Under the pieces are notes generated by a model, which saw only the letters and a list, made by a program, of their open reading frames with translations, searched no databases and was not told the origin of the DNA. DNA of 64,000 nt from NCBI GenBank assembly GCA_964016885.1, contig OZ024742.1, positions 354,516,001 to 354,580,000 of the forward strand, given 5' to 3'. How positions within the stretch are numbered: the first letter of the stretch is position 1; each line of letters starts with the position of its first letter. Position numbers and translations under genes: made by a program. Source of the stretch: Eledone cirrhosa. Its lineage: Eukaryota. This document shows positions 41,784-54,234 of the stretch, in pieces.

Positions 41784-42298
41784 TAATTAAGTCAAATATG
41801 TAAAATTTGGCTTCGTTTATTACCAATTATAGATATAGTGGTATATATATTTCGGTGACAGCCATCATTGTCTGTGGTCTCTTCAGACAGTCATAATTGG
41901 TGTGGAAGGACAGGTCCACATGTTGTTGAAGTGCGTTTTAATCCAGCAATACGTCGATATGTCTAGCTCCTGCTGTTGTTGTTATTTCTCTGAGGAATTG
42001 GAATCATATGAGTTAGAGCAAAGAAGTTTCGGCGTCATAGGACACGTCGTATCCCATTGGTCAGTTGTGAGAACATTCCTCAGTCAAAAGTCTATAGAAA
42101 TCTTTCTGTTGTAGTAGAGTTTGTTTAGGTACAGGTGACCTCCTCCATTGTGTTGGTAGTGGTAGTGGTGTATGGTTGTTTACTGAGACCTCAGTAAGCA
42201 CATTGGAGCACTCGACGAGGTACGCAATTTGGTTGGTTTACTCCGGAATAATGTAAAATATTTAAGTCAAAGATGTAAAATGTGTCTTGTTTTATCAC
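41784..42298 (-). repeat. H3-related hammerhead repeat: one ~475-bp monomer plus terminal redundancy
   Basis: AAGTCAAA(T/G)ATGTAAAAT recurs at a 475-bp spacing (GTCAAA at 41791 and 42266). Hammerhead 41837-41891 (-): CTGAAGA-helix II-GAAA-TATATA-TA, helix I partly decayed. Confidence 0.75.
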
Positions 42299-42496
42299 AA
42301 CATATACTCAAAATGTATATATATATATATATATATATATAAATATACACGGGTGTGTATGATTGCGTATAGAAGATTATATCAATAAAAGCAATTACAA
42401 CTTTGTCTGGTTTATTCGTTATATTTACAATCCTCTTAAATTATAATGATATTATAATGAAATAATATGGTAGAATATTAAATGTTAAGTGTTAAT

Positions 42497-42535
42497 TGAA
42501 CAAGTACTTTCATGCTTTCGCTATCTTCTGGTTCA
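42497..42535 (-). ncRNA. Hammerhead-like motif in the PLE 3' region (pseudo-LTR)
   Basis: TGAAC-CAGAAGA-TAGC(GAAA)GCAT-GAAA-GTAC-TT-GTTCA: helix I, palindromic helix III and CUU site, but U4>A in the core and a weak helix II. Confidence 0.55.
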
Positions 42536-42937
42536 TATTGAGTGGTGACAGTAAAGTTTGCAATTTCCAATTGTAATCAGATGGGTAAATCTTATGCCTT
42601 ATATACAATAAAAGCGGCTACAGAATGCCACGTTTTGCAAACTGTATTTCGACCAATCGGTGTGTAGTTTCACCGGATTACTAAAGCTGATAGGTTTAGG
42701 TGTCACGGTTGATTGAGCATGTCTAACAAATTCTATTTGACCCTATCCAAAGCACCAATTGTTTTGCTATTTTAGAAATGATGAAAATAGCATTTTCTAG
42801 GGTTTTTAACAAAAGTATTTAGTAATCATCACCATCAACATCACTTTTATTATTATTATTGTTGTTGTTGTTGTTAGTGGTGGTAGTCGACAAGGTTGTA
42901 GGCGTAATCATAGTAGGAGTAATAGCCCTTAGCATTA

Positions 42938-43228
42938 TTATTGTTCATTTAGCTTGGGTTCAAATTTATAAATAAAATGATTTTCTTTATTTTTTCTCTT
43001 GACTTCACTTGGGCTGTGTAATTTGTAGAATGGAAATATTATAAATATTCTCTGACCACATGTTGCTAGATGGTTACTCAGGGGTATCTGACGGACATGT
43101 GTGTCTCTGCTTTGCTGTCGGTGCACCCGTGCACGTTGCGATAGTGCATTTCCAGTTTGACCGACATACAGTTCTTCACAATTCGGGCATTTAATGCAGT
43201 AAATTATATTTCTGCTTTTGCAGTTCAT
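42938..43228 (-). pseudogene. GIY-YIG endonuclease domain of the PLE
   Basis: IIYCIKCPNC..LYVGQTG..RARVH..HL..E..FI...PKLN. Confidence 0.9.
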
Positions 43229-43673
43229 ATTTGCATTTGGGAATATTTTTCCAGTGTTTCGTGTTCATATATCGACCAGTGCGTATGGATTGACATGTGA
43301 CACATCGACTATCATTGCATTTAGATACAGCGAATGATTGGTCTTTGTTGTTAAGGTCAAACTTTGCCTTTGTTAGTAATTGCTTCAAAATTGTCGGCTG
43401 TCTTTTACTAAGCATCAAAGCTCGTTCTGTGATTAAACCTTTTAATTCATTACTTTGAGCAATGGTTGGTAGGTTTGCTTTGGCAGTGTTGAAGATATTC
43501 TGGTGACATGGGTTGTGTGTCATTATAAATGGTATGACCACTTCTTGGTTTCTTCTTCCTTGGGTTGTCTTAATTTGTTGTGTAGGTATTTTTATAGCCC
43601 GCTGTATAACATTTTCTATAAGTAGAGATGGATATTTTTGTTTGAGCAAACATTCTCTCAGTTCTGTTAGGCG

Positions 43674-44118
43674 TAAAGGAAAATAATGTTTGTCGATGAA
43701 TGGCCAATACATCGTTTCCCTTTGTAGAAATAAATGACTCCAGAAGGGGGGGGGGTTGAACAGTAAAAAATTAACGATCCTTTATTAAAATGCGACATTT
43801 AATAAATTATGTACAATGTCAATTCAAACATACCTTGTGGGTTAATAGAAGTAGTGTAATTATATTCTCCGGTGCAGAAATAACGAAGGAATAAGCGAAT
43901 GCCTATTAGTCGAGATATCGTGGCGTCCTTGATCCGAAGGAGGGCATTTTCACATAGTCCCTCACGAAGCGAGCATGGTCAATATTTTTTTGAGGAGCGA
44001 ATCCTTTCACGTCTGTTTATGTCCGCGTCTGTGACCGGATGTATCTTGCCTCCGCTCTCTGAAGCGTTGTTATGGGGAGGCAACTGCTAGTTGCTAAGCG
44101 ACCATCTCAGTCAATACA
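43674..44118 (-). repeat. 3' LTR
   Basis: Direct repeat of 48893-49342 with scattered substitutions. Confidence 0.95.
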
Positions 44119-44570
44119 TTCACCTCGGAACAGATTTTTTGTCGAAAAATCGTTAACGATGAAGCGAAGGACCCACGAGGTAGTTTACAAAATGTAGAAG
44201 CATGTATCAACAAATTATGAAAAAAAGAAATAGGTTCATGTCTGCAAGCATTAACACAGAAAAAATGTACAGCAAAAGATGCAAAATGCATGAAAAGATA
44301 ACACTCTTCGCAATAAAGGGGCTCCAAATGCGATAAACAAAAAAAAATTATTTTGCTAGGCAATGAAAATGCCATATGTAGCATAGCTGTAAAAATGCGC
44401 TAAAAAAAAATGGATTGTGTCAGAATTGACAACAGTCGTAATGTTACGAAAAATAACATATATTGACACTGCCGTAGGCAGTCAGGAATCAAAAAGCAAC
44501 ACAATGAAATATACAGCAAAAACAATTGGAAGAAGAAAATAATACAATTCAGTTTATATCACTGCATAGC

Positions 44571-47500
44571 TTACGGGGCAAATGCACCCTTCGCCCAGAA
44601 CGGGTCGTAGCTCTGTATGTTGATGGTAGGGGGGGGAGAAGAAATAGGCGTATGTGGCAAAGAAAAAGAAAGGGGCATTTGAGTTTCAAGCGTCATTGTG
44701 TCATTGTCCAGGTTTGCTCGTTTGAGACGATCAAATGAAACCGTTTCCCTGGAACCCCGAATGTCCAGTGTGAAATGTTTGTCTGTGCGAGCAAGCACAC
44801 GATAGGGTCCAGAGTACGGCCGTTGAAGAGGGGGTCTCACGGCGTCGTCTCTAACGAACACATGTGTCCACAAGGCAATATCCATTGGGACGGCAGTTTT
44901 TACAGTTTGCTTCCTAGTGTCCATCGGTGGTAAATCCTGGAAGTAAGAATGAAGCCGGGACACGTAGGAAGCGGGATTCTGCGAAGCAAGATCAACAGGA
45001 GGAAGCATTTGCCCCGGAAACGCAAGAGTAGTACCATAAATCAATTCGGCCGGGGAGAACCCAAGGTCCACCTTTATTGTCGACCGAATACCTAACAACA
45101 CAATAGGTAGGTACTCACTCCAACGTGAAGAGTCCATTGAAGCCCTTAAAGAGGCTTTAAGCTGTCTATGAAATATTTCCACCATTCCGTGTGATGCTAT
45201 ATGATATGCCGTGGTTCTTATGCGAGTAGCGCCAATAATTTGTGTTAATTCACGGAAGAGGTTCAATTCAAATTGACGACCGCGGTCTGTTGTTATTGTG
45301 GTTGGTACTCAAAAACGAGCGATCCATGCAGATACGAGAGTACGCGCTGTCGTTTCAGCAGTGATATCAGTCATAGGGAGGGCTTCAAGCCAACGCGAAA
45401 AACGGTCAACGATCGTCAACATATACGAATAACCACGACTAATCGGCCACGGGCCGACGATGTCCACATGAATGTGACGAAATCTGGCATCAGGACAGGT
45501 GAAAGTTCCGAGAGGAGTTTTAATGTGCTTATGAGCTTTTGACTTTTGGCAAGCGACACAGGAACGGCACCAAGCAGCAATGTCACGTCTCATATCAGGC
45601 CAGACAAATCTGGATGTTATGAGTTTTACTGAGGCTGATACTCCTGGGTGAGAAATGCCATGTAAAGCGAGAAACATAGTTCGTCGATGACCAACTGGGG
45701 CGAGAGTTCGTGGTGAGTCCAAGAGATATCACATAGTATCTGTCCGTCAGTGGTTGATAAAGGAAGGTATTTCATATTGCAGTTAATGAACTCCGGCGAT
45801 GTGCAATCCAAAGATTCAAGCGAGGGTTGGTCAATGGTCAATTGACGCAAATCTATATCGTTAGACGACGAGATCGAAGCTATCGGGAGGCGAGACAACG
45901 CGTCTGCCGCAGTATTCAAAGCACCCGGAATATGTTGAATATCATGTGTGTATTGGGAAACAAAATCCAGATGTCTAGTTTCCCTAGGCGAATAGTTGTC
46001 AGATGTTGATCTTAAAGCGAAAATCAACGGTTTGTGATCTGTGAAAATAGTGAACGCTCTCCCGTCCATAACATGGGAGAAATGTTTCACAGATAAATAA
46101 ATTGCTAAAAGCTCACGCCCGAAAGTACTATAACGATTTTCAGCAGGCTTTAGCTTTCTGGAAAAAAATGCCAGTGGTTGTTGTAAACCATCGCACTTCT
46201 GTTGCAAGACTGCGCCCACGGCGGTATCCGACGCATCAACACAGAGCGATAGCTCGGCGTTGGGTACTGGGTGGGCGAGCAAAGACGCGCTCGCTAACGC
46301 CTTTTTCACTTTTTTAAAATCCTCAAGCTGCGTTTTATTTAAGGAAATGTCCATATTCTTACGCCGGCAATTTTTAAAAATTTCTGTCAACGAGAACAGC
46401 AAGTTGGAACAATTAGGCACGAATCGCCTGTAAACAATTTACAAGGCCTAAGAATTGACGTAATTGTCGCAGTGAACTTGGCGGAGGCAAATCCGATACT
46501 GCCTTAACCTTCTCAGGAAGAGATCGAATACAACCGGCGTCAATCAGATGGCCTAAAAATGTTAGTGAGGTGGAGCCGAAAACACACTTGGAATAATTAA
46601 TACGAACATTATATCTCTGTAAACGACGTAATACAAGATCCAGATGCTTGGAATGTTGTTCAGAAGAACTAGCAATCAGTACATCATCGATATACGTGTA
46701 AAGAAAATCGAGACCACGAGTGACATCATCCATGAATCGTTGGAGGGTACTTGCAGCATTTCTAAGTCCGAAAGGCATAGTGAGGAACTCGAATGATCCG
46801 AAAGGAGTGGCAATAGCAGTCTTTGGAATATCCTCCTTTTTAACCGGAATTTGATTATAAGCGCGGACCAAATCAAGCTTAGAAAAGATTCTGCAACCCT
46901 GCAATGACGATGCGAAATCCAGCAAATGCGGTATTGGATAACGGTCAGGCACAGTAATCGCGTTTAAGCGTCGGTAGTCAGCCGTCGGTCACCAATCACC
47001 AGAAGATTTAAGTACCATATGTAGAGGCGATGCCCAAGGACTTGTGGAACGCCGAATTAATCCTAATTCCAGCATGTGGTCGAATTCAAGACGTGCAGCT
47101 TTCAACTTCTCTGCAGATAATCTTCGAGGACGTGAGAAAACAGGTGGACCTGTAGTGGATATAAAGTGTTCAATCACATGATCCGGACTAGCAATTCGTA
47201 ATCTTCCTTGCGTCAGCTGTGGGTATGATTTTAACAAACTGTGATACTGGCTGCCCACTTCAGCCAAGAGAAAAGCAGGGCTTACTGTGGCGTTCTCCGG
47301 CTTTGTACCCTCGAACGATAGGCCTGTATTAGCTAAAAAAGTCGTTGTCTGCGGATGTCAATCGACAAGGAAAAATGGTGGAGGAAATCCGCTCCAAAAA
47401 TGGCGTATGGCAAGTCGGCGATAGCAAACTTCCACTTCCATTCACGACGCAAATGTTTAAATCGAAGAGGAAGCGAAATGTGCCCGTACGTTCGAATGGC

Positions 47501-47630
47501 CGTGTTGTTGATTGCTCGTAAATTAATATTTGATTCAGATGGGTTTTTTTTTGAGATAACTGACTGGCCAAATACTTAGTGACGCGCCAGTGTCGACAAG
47601 AAACATTTTTTGACTGCAGATCGTACACAA
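44571..47630 (-). pseudogene. pol: Gypsy pol (protease, RT, RNase H, integrase), frameshifted
   Basis: FLVDTGAS (~47580-47605), [71 protein letters not shown]. Confidence 0.93.
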
Positions 47631-47699
47631 AAAATGACGGTTTGGTCGAGTTTCCCAGAGTTCACTAGCCGCCCCTAGTGGCTCAGATTGGCGTTTTCC

Positions 47700-48500
47700 G
47701 AACTCCTATAGTTACAAGACGCCCGACTACCTAAGTTAACATGATACCAACAAATCCAAGAATTACTGCTGCTTGAAGTGTAGTGTTGGCGAGGAACAGA
47801 GACGGTGGCGAACGGTACTCGTAGCGGTTTCGAGGAATAGCAGACGGTGGCGAACGGTACGTTAAACGTTGAGAAGGCTCTCTGTGTTGTACGGTCAAAT
47901 CCTCCACTTTTTTGGTGAGCGCTTCGATCATCTCCAGCAGTTTGCTGTCGGCCACAGAAGAATTGTGTGGGGGAACAGAAGAAGAAGCCACACAAGGACT
48001 ATGCCGACTGCTGTTAGAGTCCACCTCTAGTATTCTATCCGCGGTTGCGGCAAGTTGATCTAACGACTCCCTCTCCAAATTATTGACAAAGACCATTTGC
48101 GCACTTGGCGGTAAACGGGAGAAAAATAGCTGTTTAATGAAAGATGTATCAATTCCTTGGGAGTCGCTCAACTCACGTGATGTCACAAATAGGAGGTTGG
48201 CGTTCTGTCACCCATCCTGGCATCCTCCAATAATTCCCGAAAACGGCTCTCCACAGACCTAGTATTCCTACGAAGAATTTCTAGTTTTAATGAGCCATAG
48301 GTTACATCTTCAGCTAAATTCGTTATAACATCCTTTACGGAATATGCCAAAGAAACAGGCATGCCGTTAATAAGCACCTTCAATTTATGCTGATTTTTGG
48401 TTTGGGTCAAATCGAAATAGAACTCGAGCTGCGAAAACCATAATTTGATGTCGCCTGCGAAGGTCGGAAATGATGTGGATTCATGATAACCGAAGGTTTG
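47700..48500 (-). pseudogene. gag: Gypsy gag remnant
   Basis: LWFSQLEFYF (~48415-48445), GDRTPTSYL, LFFSRLP and LAATADRI motifs upstream of the protease. Confidence 0.8.
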
Positions 48501-48875
48501 AAGAATCCAAGATGGCCGGTTGAGAAAAAAAAAATGCTTTTGATGAAGACGCCCTCACGTGGCACGATGCAGCCAATCAGATTGCTGGGATTGAAGAAGA
48601 TACACTGTGCGCGGGAAAACCGCAAAAGGAAGAAGACACGCAGAATGGCGGGAAAATGTCGGCCATTTAAAAAATGTTCATGAGGAAATGACGGTGAAAA
48701 TCAGGAAAGAAAAAATGTTCACAGTGTAAACAGAGAACAGAGTTTAGAAAACTTGTTTTCCTTCTTCCTTTTTAGAAGGCTTGCATTTAAGAGTTTTTTT
48801 TGTTTTTTTTGGAAAAGTTTTGGATTCAAACCAAAGAAATTTTTTTTTTTTTTAAAGTATCCGCGTATTGGGAAT

Positions 48876-48891
48876 AACGCCAGGGTCACCA
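48876..48891 (-). promoter_or_regulatory. Primer binding site (tRNA-Trp-like)
   Basis: TGGTGACCCTGGCGTT one base inside the 5' LTR; resembles the complement of the tRNA-Trp 3' end (TGGTGACCCCGACGT). Confidence 0.75.
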
Positions 48892-48892
48892 A

Positions 48893-49342
48893 TAAAGGAA
48901 AATAATGTTTGTCAATGAATGGACAATACATCGTTTCTCTTTGTAGAAATAAATGACTCCAGAAGGGGGGGGGGGGGGGGTGAACAGTAAAAAATTAACG
49001 ATCCTTTATTAAAATGCGACATTTAATAAATTATGTACAATGTCAATTCAAACATACCTTGTGGGTTAATAGAAGTAGTGTAATTATATTCTCCGGTGCA
49101 GAAATAACGAAGGAATAAGCGAATGCCTATTAGTCGAGAGATCGTGGCGTCCTTGATCCGGAGGAGGGCATTTTCACATAGTCCCTCACGAAGCGAGCAT
49201 GGTCAATATTTTTTTGAGGAGCGAATCCTTTCACGTCTGTTTATGTCCGCGTCTGTGACCGGATGTATCTTGCCTCCGCTCTCTAAAGAGTTGTTAAGGG
49301 GAGGCAACTGCTAGTTGCTAAGCGACCATCTCACTCACTACA
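48893..49342 (-). repeat. 5' LTR
   Basis: Begins TGTAGTGAG and ends CCTTTA on the element strand. Confidence 0.95.
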
Positions 49343-50370
49343 GGCGTTTTTTCCTGGTATTCGTATCTTCTACAATGGTACAAATTCTTCTGGCTAGGCA
49401 GTATGCGATGTTGCGTTTTGTATGAGGTGGATAACACGTCTTAAAATTCAGATATTGATGGGTGTCTGTGTGTTTATAATTTACAGCAGTGTTAATGGTG
49501 GTGTCGTTTTTGATTATCATTATATCTAGGAATGGTAATTTCGTACTACTCATCTCTTACGTGAATTTGGATATATGGGTGTAGGTTATTCAGGGGGATA
49601 TTGAACTGATCCAGAGTATCTAGAGATTCTGTTCAGATGATGAAACAGTCGTCAAGGTATCTCTTCCAAGACTTTTCAAAGTCAGTGCTATATTTTTCCT
49701 CTATTCCTTGGTAGAGTTGTTGTTTTAAGTATCCCATTACAGAGTTCGCGTAAACGGGAGCAAACTTCGTTCCCATCGCTGTGCCTCTAATTTGGATGTA
49801 ATTCTTTCCATTGAAGAAGAAAGTGTTCTTTTCCAGAATAAGTTTGACTGCGACTAATATAAATGATGCTGTGAATCTGGTGGGAATCATTTCTCTATGT
49901 TTTTCAACCCAGTATTTAACCACCTTTATTCCTAAATCATGTGTAATGTTGGTGTAAAGGCTTACCACTTCAAAACTAAGTAGAAGTGAATTCGTTTCCG
50001 GGGTTTGGGGTAGATGTTAAAAATAATGCTAACAAGAAAAGAAAAATAATATACACAATACCAAAAAAAGAACTAATTAATTATTATTAATAATGGTATA
50101 TCGTGCAATGGCCTTACTCGAGAACGAGGGTGGGGGGACGTTTTTCGAAATATATACTACTGCGTTCACATATTGATTTATTTAGTTTCAGAAGATCTCG
50201 TTAAGGGAAAAAGCAGATATTCTTTGCTTTAACTTTAATCTGTTATTTTAATAAATATAAATATGGCAGCGATAATGAGGGACAGAGACCGCTGGAGAGA
50301 ACTCGTCCATGGATCTCGGGAATTTTACCCACCCTAGAGAATATATATATATATGTGTGTGTGTGTGTGT

Positions 50371-51325
50371 ATAAAAGAGTAAACGCAGGTAAGCATTAAA
50401 AAAAAAGGATGTTATCCTCGTATTTACGACATTGGTAAGTGCAACCTTATATTGCTATACTGCAAATAGCAGCCACTCAATAACAATTGTTGTTCCCTCC
50501 AAATTTTCAAAATGATGAATAAGTTACTCTAAAACGTTCCTAATATATAAAAAAACATTTTTGGGGGAATTGTATTTACTAGTATAGAGAGAGAGGAAGG
50601 GGGAGAGGGATTAGGAAGTAGAGCGACAAACGGAGGAGTATAGAGAGAGAGGGGAAGGGGATGAAGAATTAGGAAGTAGGTGACAAACGGAGGTAGATGG
50701 GGGGGGGTAAGGTGGAAGGATTCCTCGATCAGTTTTGAAACGTTGACTTGATGTTGTCAATTTACAGTGTAGAGTGTTAAAGAGAATTAAATTGTTTATC
50801 GAGGAATCCTTCCACCTTACCCCTCCCTCCACCTCCGTTTGTCACTCTACATCTAATTCCTCTCCCCCTTCAACTCTCTCTCTATACTACTCCGTTTGTC
50901 CCTCTACTTCCTAATTCCTCTCCCCCTTCTCCTCTCTATATACTACTCTGTTTGTCCCTCTACTTTCTAATTATTCTCCCCCTTCCTCTCTCTCTATACT
51001 ACTCCGTTTGTCCCTCTACTTCCAACATCTTCTCCCCTCCTCCTCTCTCTATACTACTCTGTTTGTCTCTCTACTTCCTAATTATTGTCCCCTTTCCTCT
51101 CTCTCTATACTAGTAAATACAATTCTTCAAAAAATGTTTTTGTATATATTAGGAAACTTTTACGAGTAACTTATTCATTATTTTGAAAATTTGAGGGAAC
51201 AACAATTATTATGGAGTGGCTGCTATTTGCAGTATAGCAATATAAGGTTGCACTTACCAATAAAACGGTCGTAAATACCTGGATAACATCCTTTTTTTAA
51301 TGCTTACCTGTGTTTTCTCTTTTAT
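50371..51325. repeat. Fold-back (long inverted repeat) element with an internal ~55-bp minisatellite
   Basis: Arms ~50371-50730 and ~50798-51325 are reverse complements; the unit CTCTCTATACTACTCCGTTTGTCCCTCTACTTCCTAATT.. occurs ~2x in the left arm and ~5x in the right. Confidence 0.88.
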
Positions 51326-51506
51326 TCTTTATACTCCAAGATTGAGCATAATTCTTACAAACTTGTCGAGTTACCCCTAACTGTACGTTGGAACCATCCA
51401 TAAAACTGGCTTTCTTAACCACGAACTGGATTACAATAAGCAATGTTCTGCTTCCCTAACTATATGTGCGTATATACATACACACACACGCATACACACA
51501 CACACA

Positions 51507-51597
<91 letters not shown>

Positions 51598-51601
<4 letters not shown>

Positions 51602-51765
51602 TTATTAAAATAACATTTTAGAGTATATGCAAAGAATCCCGCTTTCACCCTTAACGGGATCTTCTGAAACTAAAAAAATCAATCTGTGAACACAGTGGTA
51701 AATATTTCTAAAAACGAATTAAACGATTCTTTGCTTAAACTTTAATCTGTTATTTTAATAAATAT
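51598..51765. repeat. Short (TA)n-anchored dispersed repeat (also ~50165-50257, 61905-62025, 63922-64000)
   Basis: Shared TATTTATTAAAATAACAGATTAAA...TTTCACCCTTAACGGGATCTTCTGAAACTAA; this copy has an inverted terminal duplicate. Confidence 0.85.
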
Positions 51766-51865
51766 TTGCTTTACGGTTCTTATATATTTGGTATATATTT
51801 ATCCTTATCGAGCCCTCTTTCGATTTTAGTCTTCAAATTTATTATTATTACTATATATATAAAAA

Positions 51866-52057
51866 ACAAAGGTGTTCCCCCGAAAAACCAGTATGACTCT
51901 AAAAACCGGTTTGTCTGTGTGTTTACATACAGAATAGCTGGGCCGCTCACTGTAAAGCGACCAGCGAAAGACTTGGTACACCTACATATGTATACGTGTG
52001 TGTATTCATATACACACTAGTATTTCAGTATGCATATGTAGATGTACATTTTTAACT

Positions 52058-52061
<4 letters not shown>
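51866..52061 (+). repeat. Diverged partial copy of the 466-bp monomer
   Basis: Aligns with 54792-54982 (AAAGGTGTT...CCAGTATGACTCTAAAAACCGGT...GTACATTTTTAACTTAA). Confidence 0.85.
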
Positions 52062-52108
<47 letters not shown>

Positions 52109-52127
52109 TATATATATATATATATAT

Positions 52128-52499
52128 GTAAAATAAAGTTAAATAGAAGTCAAATGATTAAAATTTAGCTTCGTTTATTACTGCTATATATATTTCAGTG
52201 ACAGCCATCTTTGGCTGTGACCTCTTCAGGCAGTTTGAATTAGTATGGTATAGACAAGTACATATGTTGTTTAGGTGTATGATATTGTCAATACTCTGAT
52301 ATGCCCAGTTCCTTGCTGGGTTGTTAATTCACTGGGGAACTGGAGTATAGCAGTAATAAACGAAGCTAAATTTTAATCATTTGACTTTTATTTAACTTTA
52401 TTTTACACTACTCCGGAGTAACCAAACCAACCTGCGCACTTCGTCGAGTGCTCCAGCCTGCATACTGAGGTGTTGGTATACAACAAACATAAACTCAAA

Positions 52500-52500
<1 letters not shown>
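52128..52500. repeat. H3-related repeat with an internal inversion
   Basis: 52128-52188 is the reverse complement of 52346-52406; remaining segments match both ends of 41784-42298. Confidence 0.85.
52180..52234 (-). ncRNA. Type I hammerhead ribozyme (H3-related)
   Basis: ACTGC-CTGAAGA-GGTCACAGCCA(AAGA)TGGCTGTCACT-GAAA-TATATA-TA-GCAGT; helix II covaries with 2328-2383 (T-A to C-G). Confidence 0.85.
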
Positions 52501-52530
<30 letters not shown>

Positions 52531-52956
52531 TAATATTAAGGATACTATTTATAGTTATGTATATACTATATACAACTATAAACAGGTAAGGTCAGTAATG
52601 TATTACTACCTTATTTCCAGTAAGAGAAATAGCTCAATGTAAGAACATCATGTGTTATACAGAGCAGTAATATAGAATACACAAGAATCAAAGCTATGTT
52701 AGAACATTTAATTGCTGACAATTGTTTTTCAAGCATAGGCTTGGATTCTTCGGAGCATTATTAAAAATGTTTTTACATATAATCAGCCTCCTATTCTGCT
52801 GAATAGTCATACAGATACATATTGTAGACAACAGTGTGTGATTGGTAAGATTCAAAATTACAATCCAAAGCATTTGGTGGAGCATGTGACAGATAATACA
52901 AGAGCGTCTAGTACATAAATAAAATTAAAGAGACAGTACGTGCGTTAGTCGTTCTG

Positions 52957-53007
<51 letters not shown>

Positions 53008-53119
53008 TCTTGATTGTACTTGATTTGCAAATGTTCTTATATATATATATATGTATATATATGAAAGGTATAGAAAATATTGTAGCAAAAAGCCTATATA
53101 TATATATATATATAAATAT

Positions 53120-53355
53120 ATACATCGTTTATGTACTTGATTTGCACATTTTCTTCTTTGAAATTTGTATCGAAAGAGATATTGTCAGACAATCATGCTG
53201 CCGATAAAAAATACACAGCTTCTAGTTTTCACATCAATTTATTACAAATTTCCAACTGGTTGGTTTCATTACCGGATTGTTATTGATTTGTTTATCTGTT
53301 TATTTCGTGACACATTCTGTCACTTGCTCAGTAACTAAAATGTTATTTTATTTGA
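53120..53355 (-). repeat. Family H1 repeat, inverted, hammerhead decayed (CTGAGCA)
   Basis: Reverse complement matches 39150-39360; helix II GTGACA/TGTCAC is retained. Confidence 0.75.
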
Positions 53356-53359
53356 CATA

Positions 53360-53438
<79 letters not shown>

Positions 53439-53725
53439 AATAACGAAACGAAATTAAATTTCGTTTCATTTGTAACTCACTTTTGTATGACTGACGCTTA
53501 AACAATTAAGTTAAAAATGTACATCCACATATGTATACTGAAATACTAGTATGCATATGAATACACACGCGTGTACATATGTAGATGTACCGACTTTTTC
53601 ACTGGTCACTTTACTGTGAGTGTCCAGCTATTCTGTATGTAAACACACAGACAAACCGGTTTTTAGAGTCATACTGGTTTTTGAGGAAACACCTTTCCTC
53701 TATTCTCCAGAAAGCCAGACAAGGG

Positions 53726-53768
53726 ATATTGGACTAGTTTCGATGTTGTTACATCTCATCAGCAATAT
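53726..53768 (-). ncRNA. Type I hammerhead ribozyme, intact consensus
   Basis: ATATTG-CTGATGA-GATGT(AACA)ACATC-GAAA-CTAG-TC-CAATAT: perfect helices I and II, GUC site, palindromic helix III. Confidence 0.93.
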
Positions 53769-54191
53769 TTACCTATCTTCCGGCCTTTCTAGAGAATCGT
53801 GAAAGCACATATCGTTATATGCTTATTCTATGAAAATTAGTAGTGGGCAGACCAATTTGCATAGAGCGTGAGTACGTACCGGTTCAACGGAGACGATAAA
53901 AACAAATAACGAAACGAAATTAAATTTCGTTTCGTTTGTAACTCACTTTTGTATGACTGACGCTTAAACAATTAAGTTAAAAATGTACATCCACATATGT
54001 ATACTGAAATACTAGTATGCATATGAATACACACACGTGTACATATGTAGATGTACCGACTTTTTCACTGGTCACTTTACTGTGAGTGTCCAGCTATTCT
54101 GTATGTAAACACACAGACAAACCGGTTTTTAGAGTCATACTGGTTTTTGAGGATACACCTTTCCTCTATTCTCCAGAAAGCCAGACAAGGG

Positions 54192-54234
54192 ATATTGGAC
54201 TTGTTTCGATGTTGTTACATCTCATCAGCAATAT
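54192..54234 (-). ncRNA. Type I hammerhead ribozyme (second unit)
   Basis: As 53726-53768 but with CAAG in helix III. Confidence 0.9.

Larger units (their letters stand above)
43674..49342 (-). mobile_element. Ty3/Gypsy LTR retrotransposon, full-length, decayed
   Basis: Two ~445-bp LTRs; 4-bp TSD GGCG (43670-43673 and 49343-49346); PBS; gag-PR-RT-RH-IN order. Confidence 0.97.
42330..50020 (-). mobile_element. Penelope-like element (Neptune-type), 5'-truncated, decayed, split by a Gypsy insertion
   Basis: RT: VVSLYTNI, GTAMGTKFAP, RYLDD, LPFLD (49343-49990). Linker KCNDSRCVTC and GIY-YIG NIIYCIKCPNCEELYVGQTG...PKLN (42938-43673). The frame TRKKR|LTELRE is restored when the insertion is removed. 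Confidence 0.9.

Noticed and set aside
50830-51110. CRISPR-like array
   Set aside because: Contiguous minisatellite without unique spacers, in eukaryotic DNA with no cas genes.
51635-51675. CAGAAGA-hairpin-GAAA motif in the four-copy short repeat as a functional hammerhead
   Set aside because: No convincing helix I and no NUH triplet in the right place.
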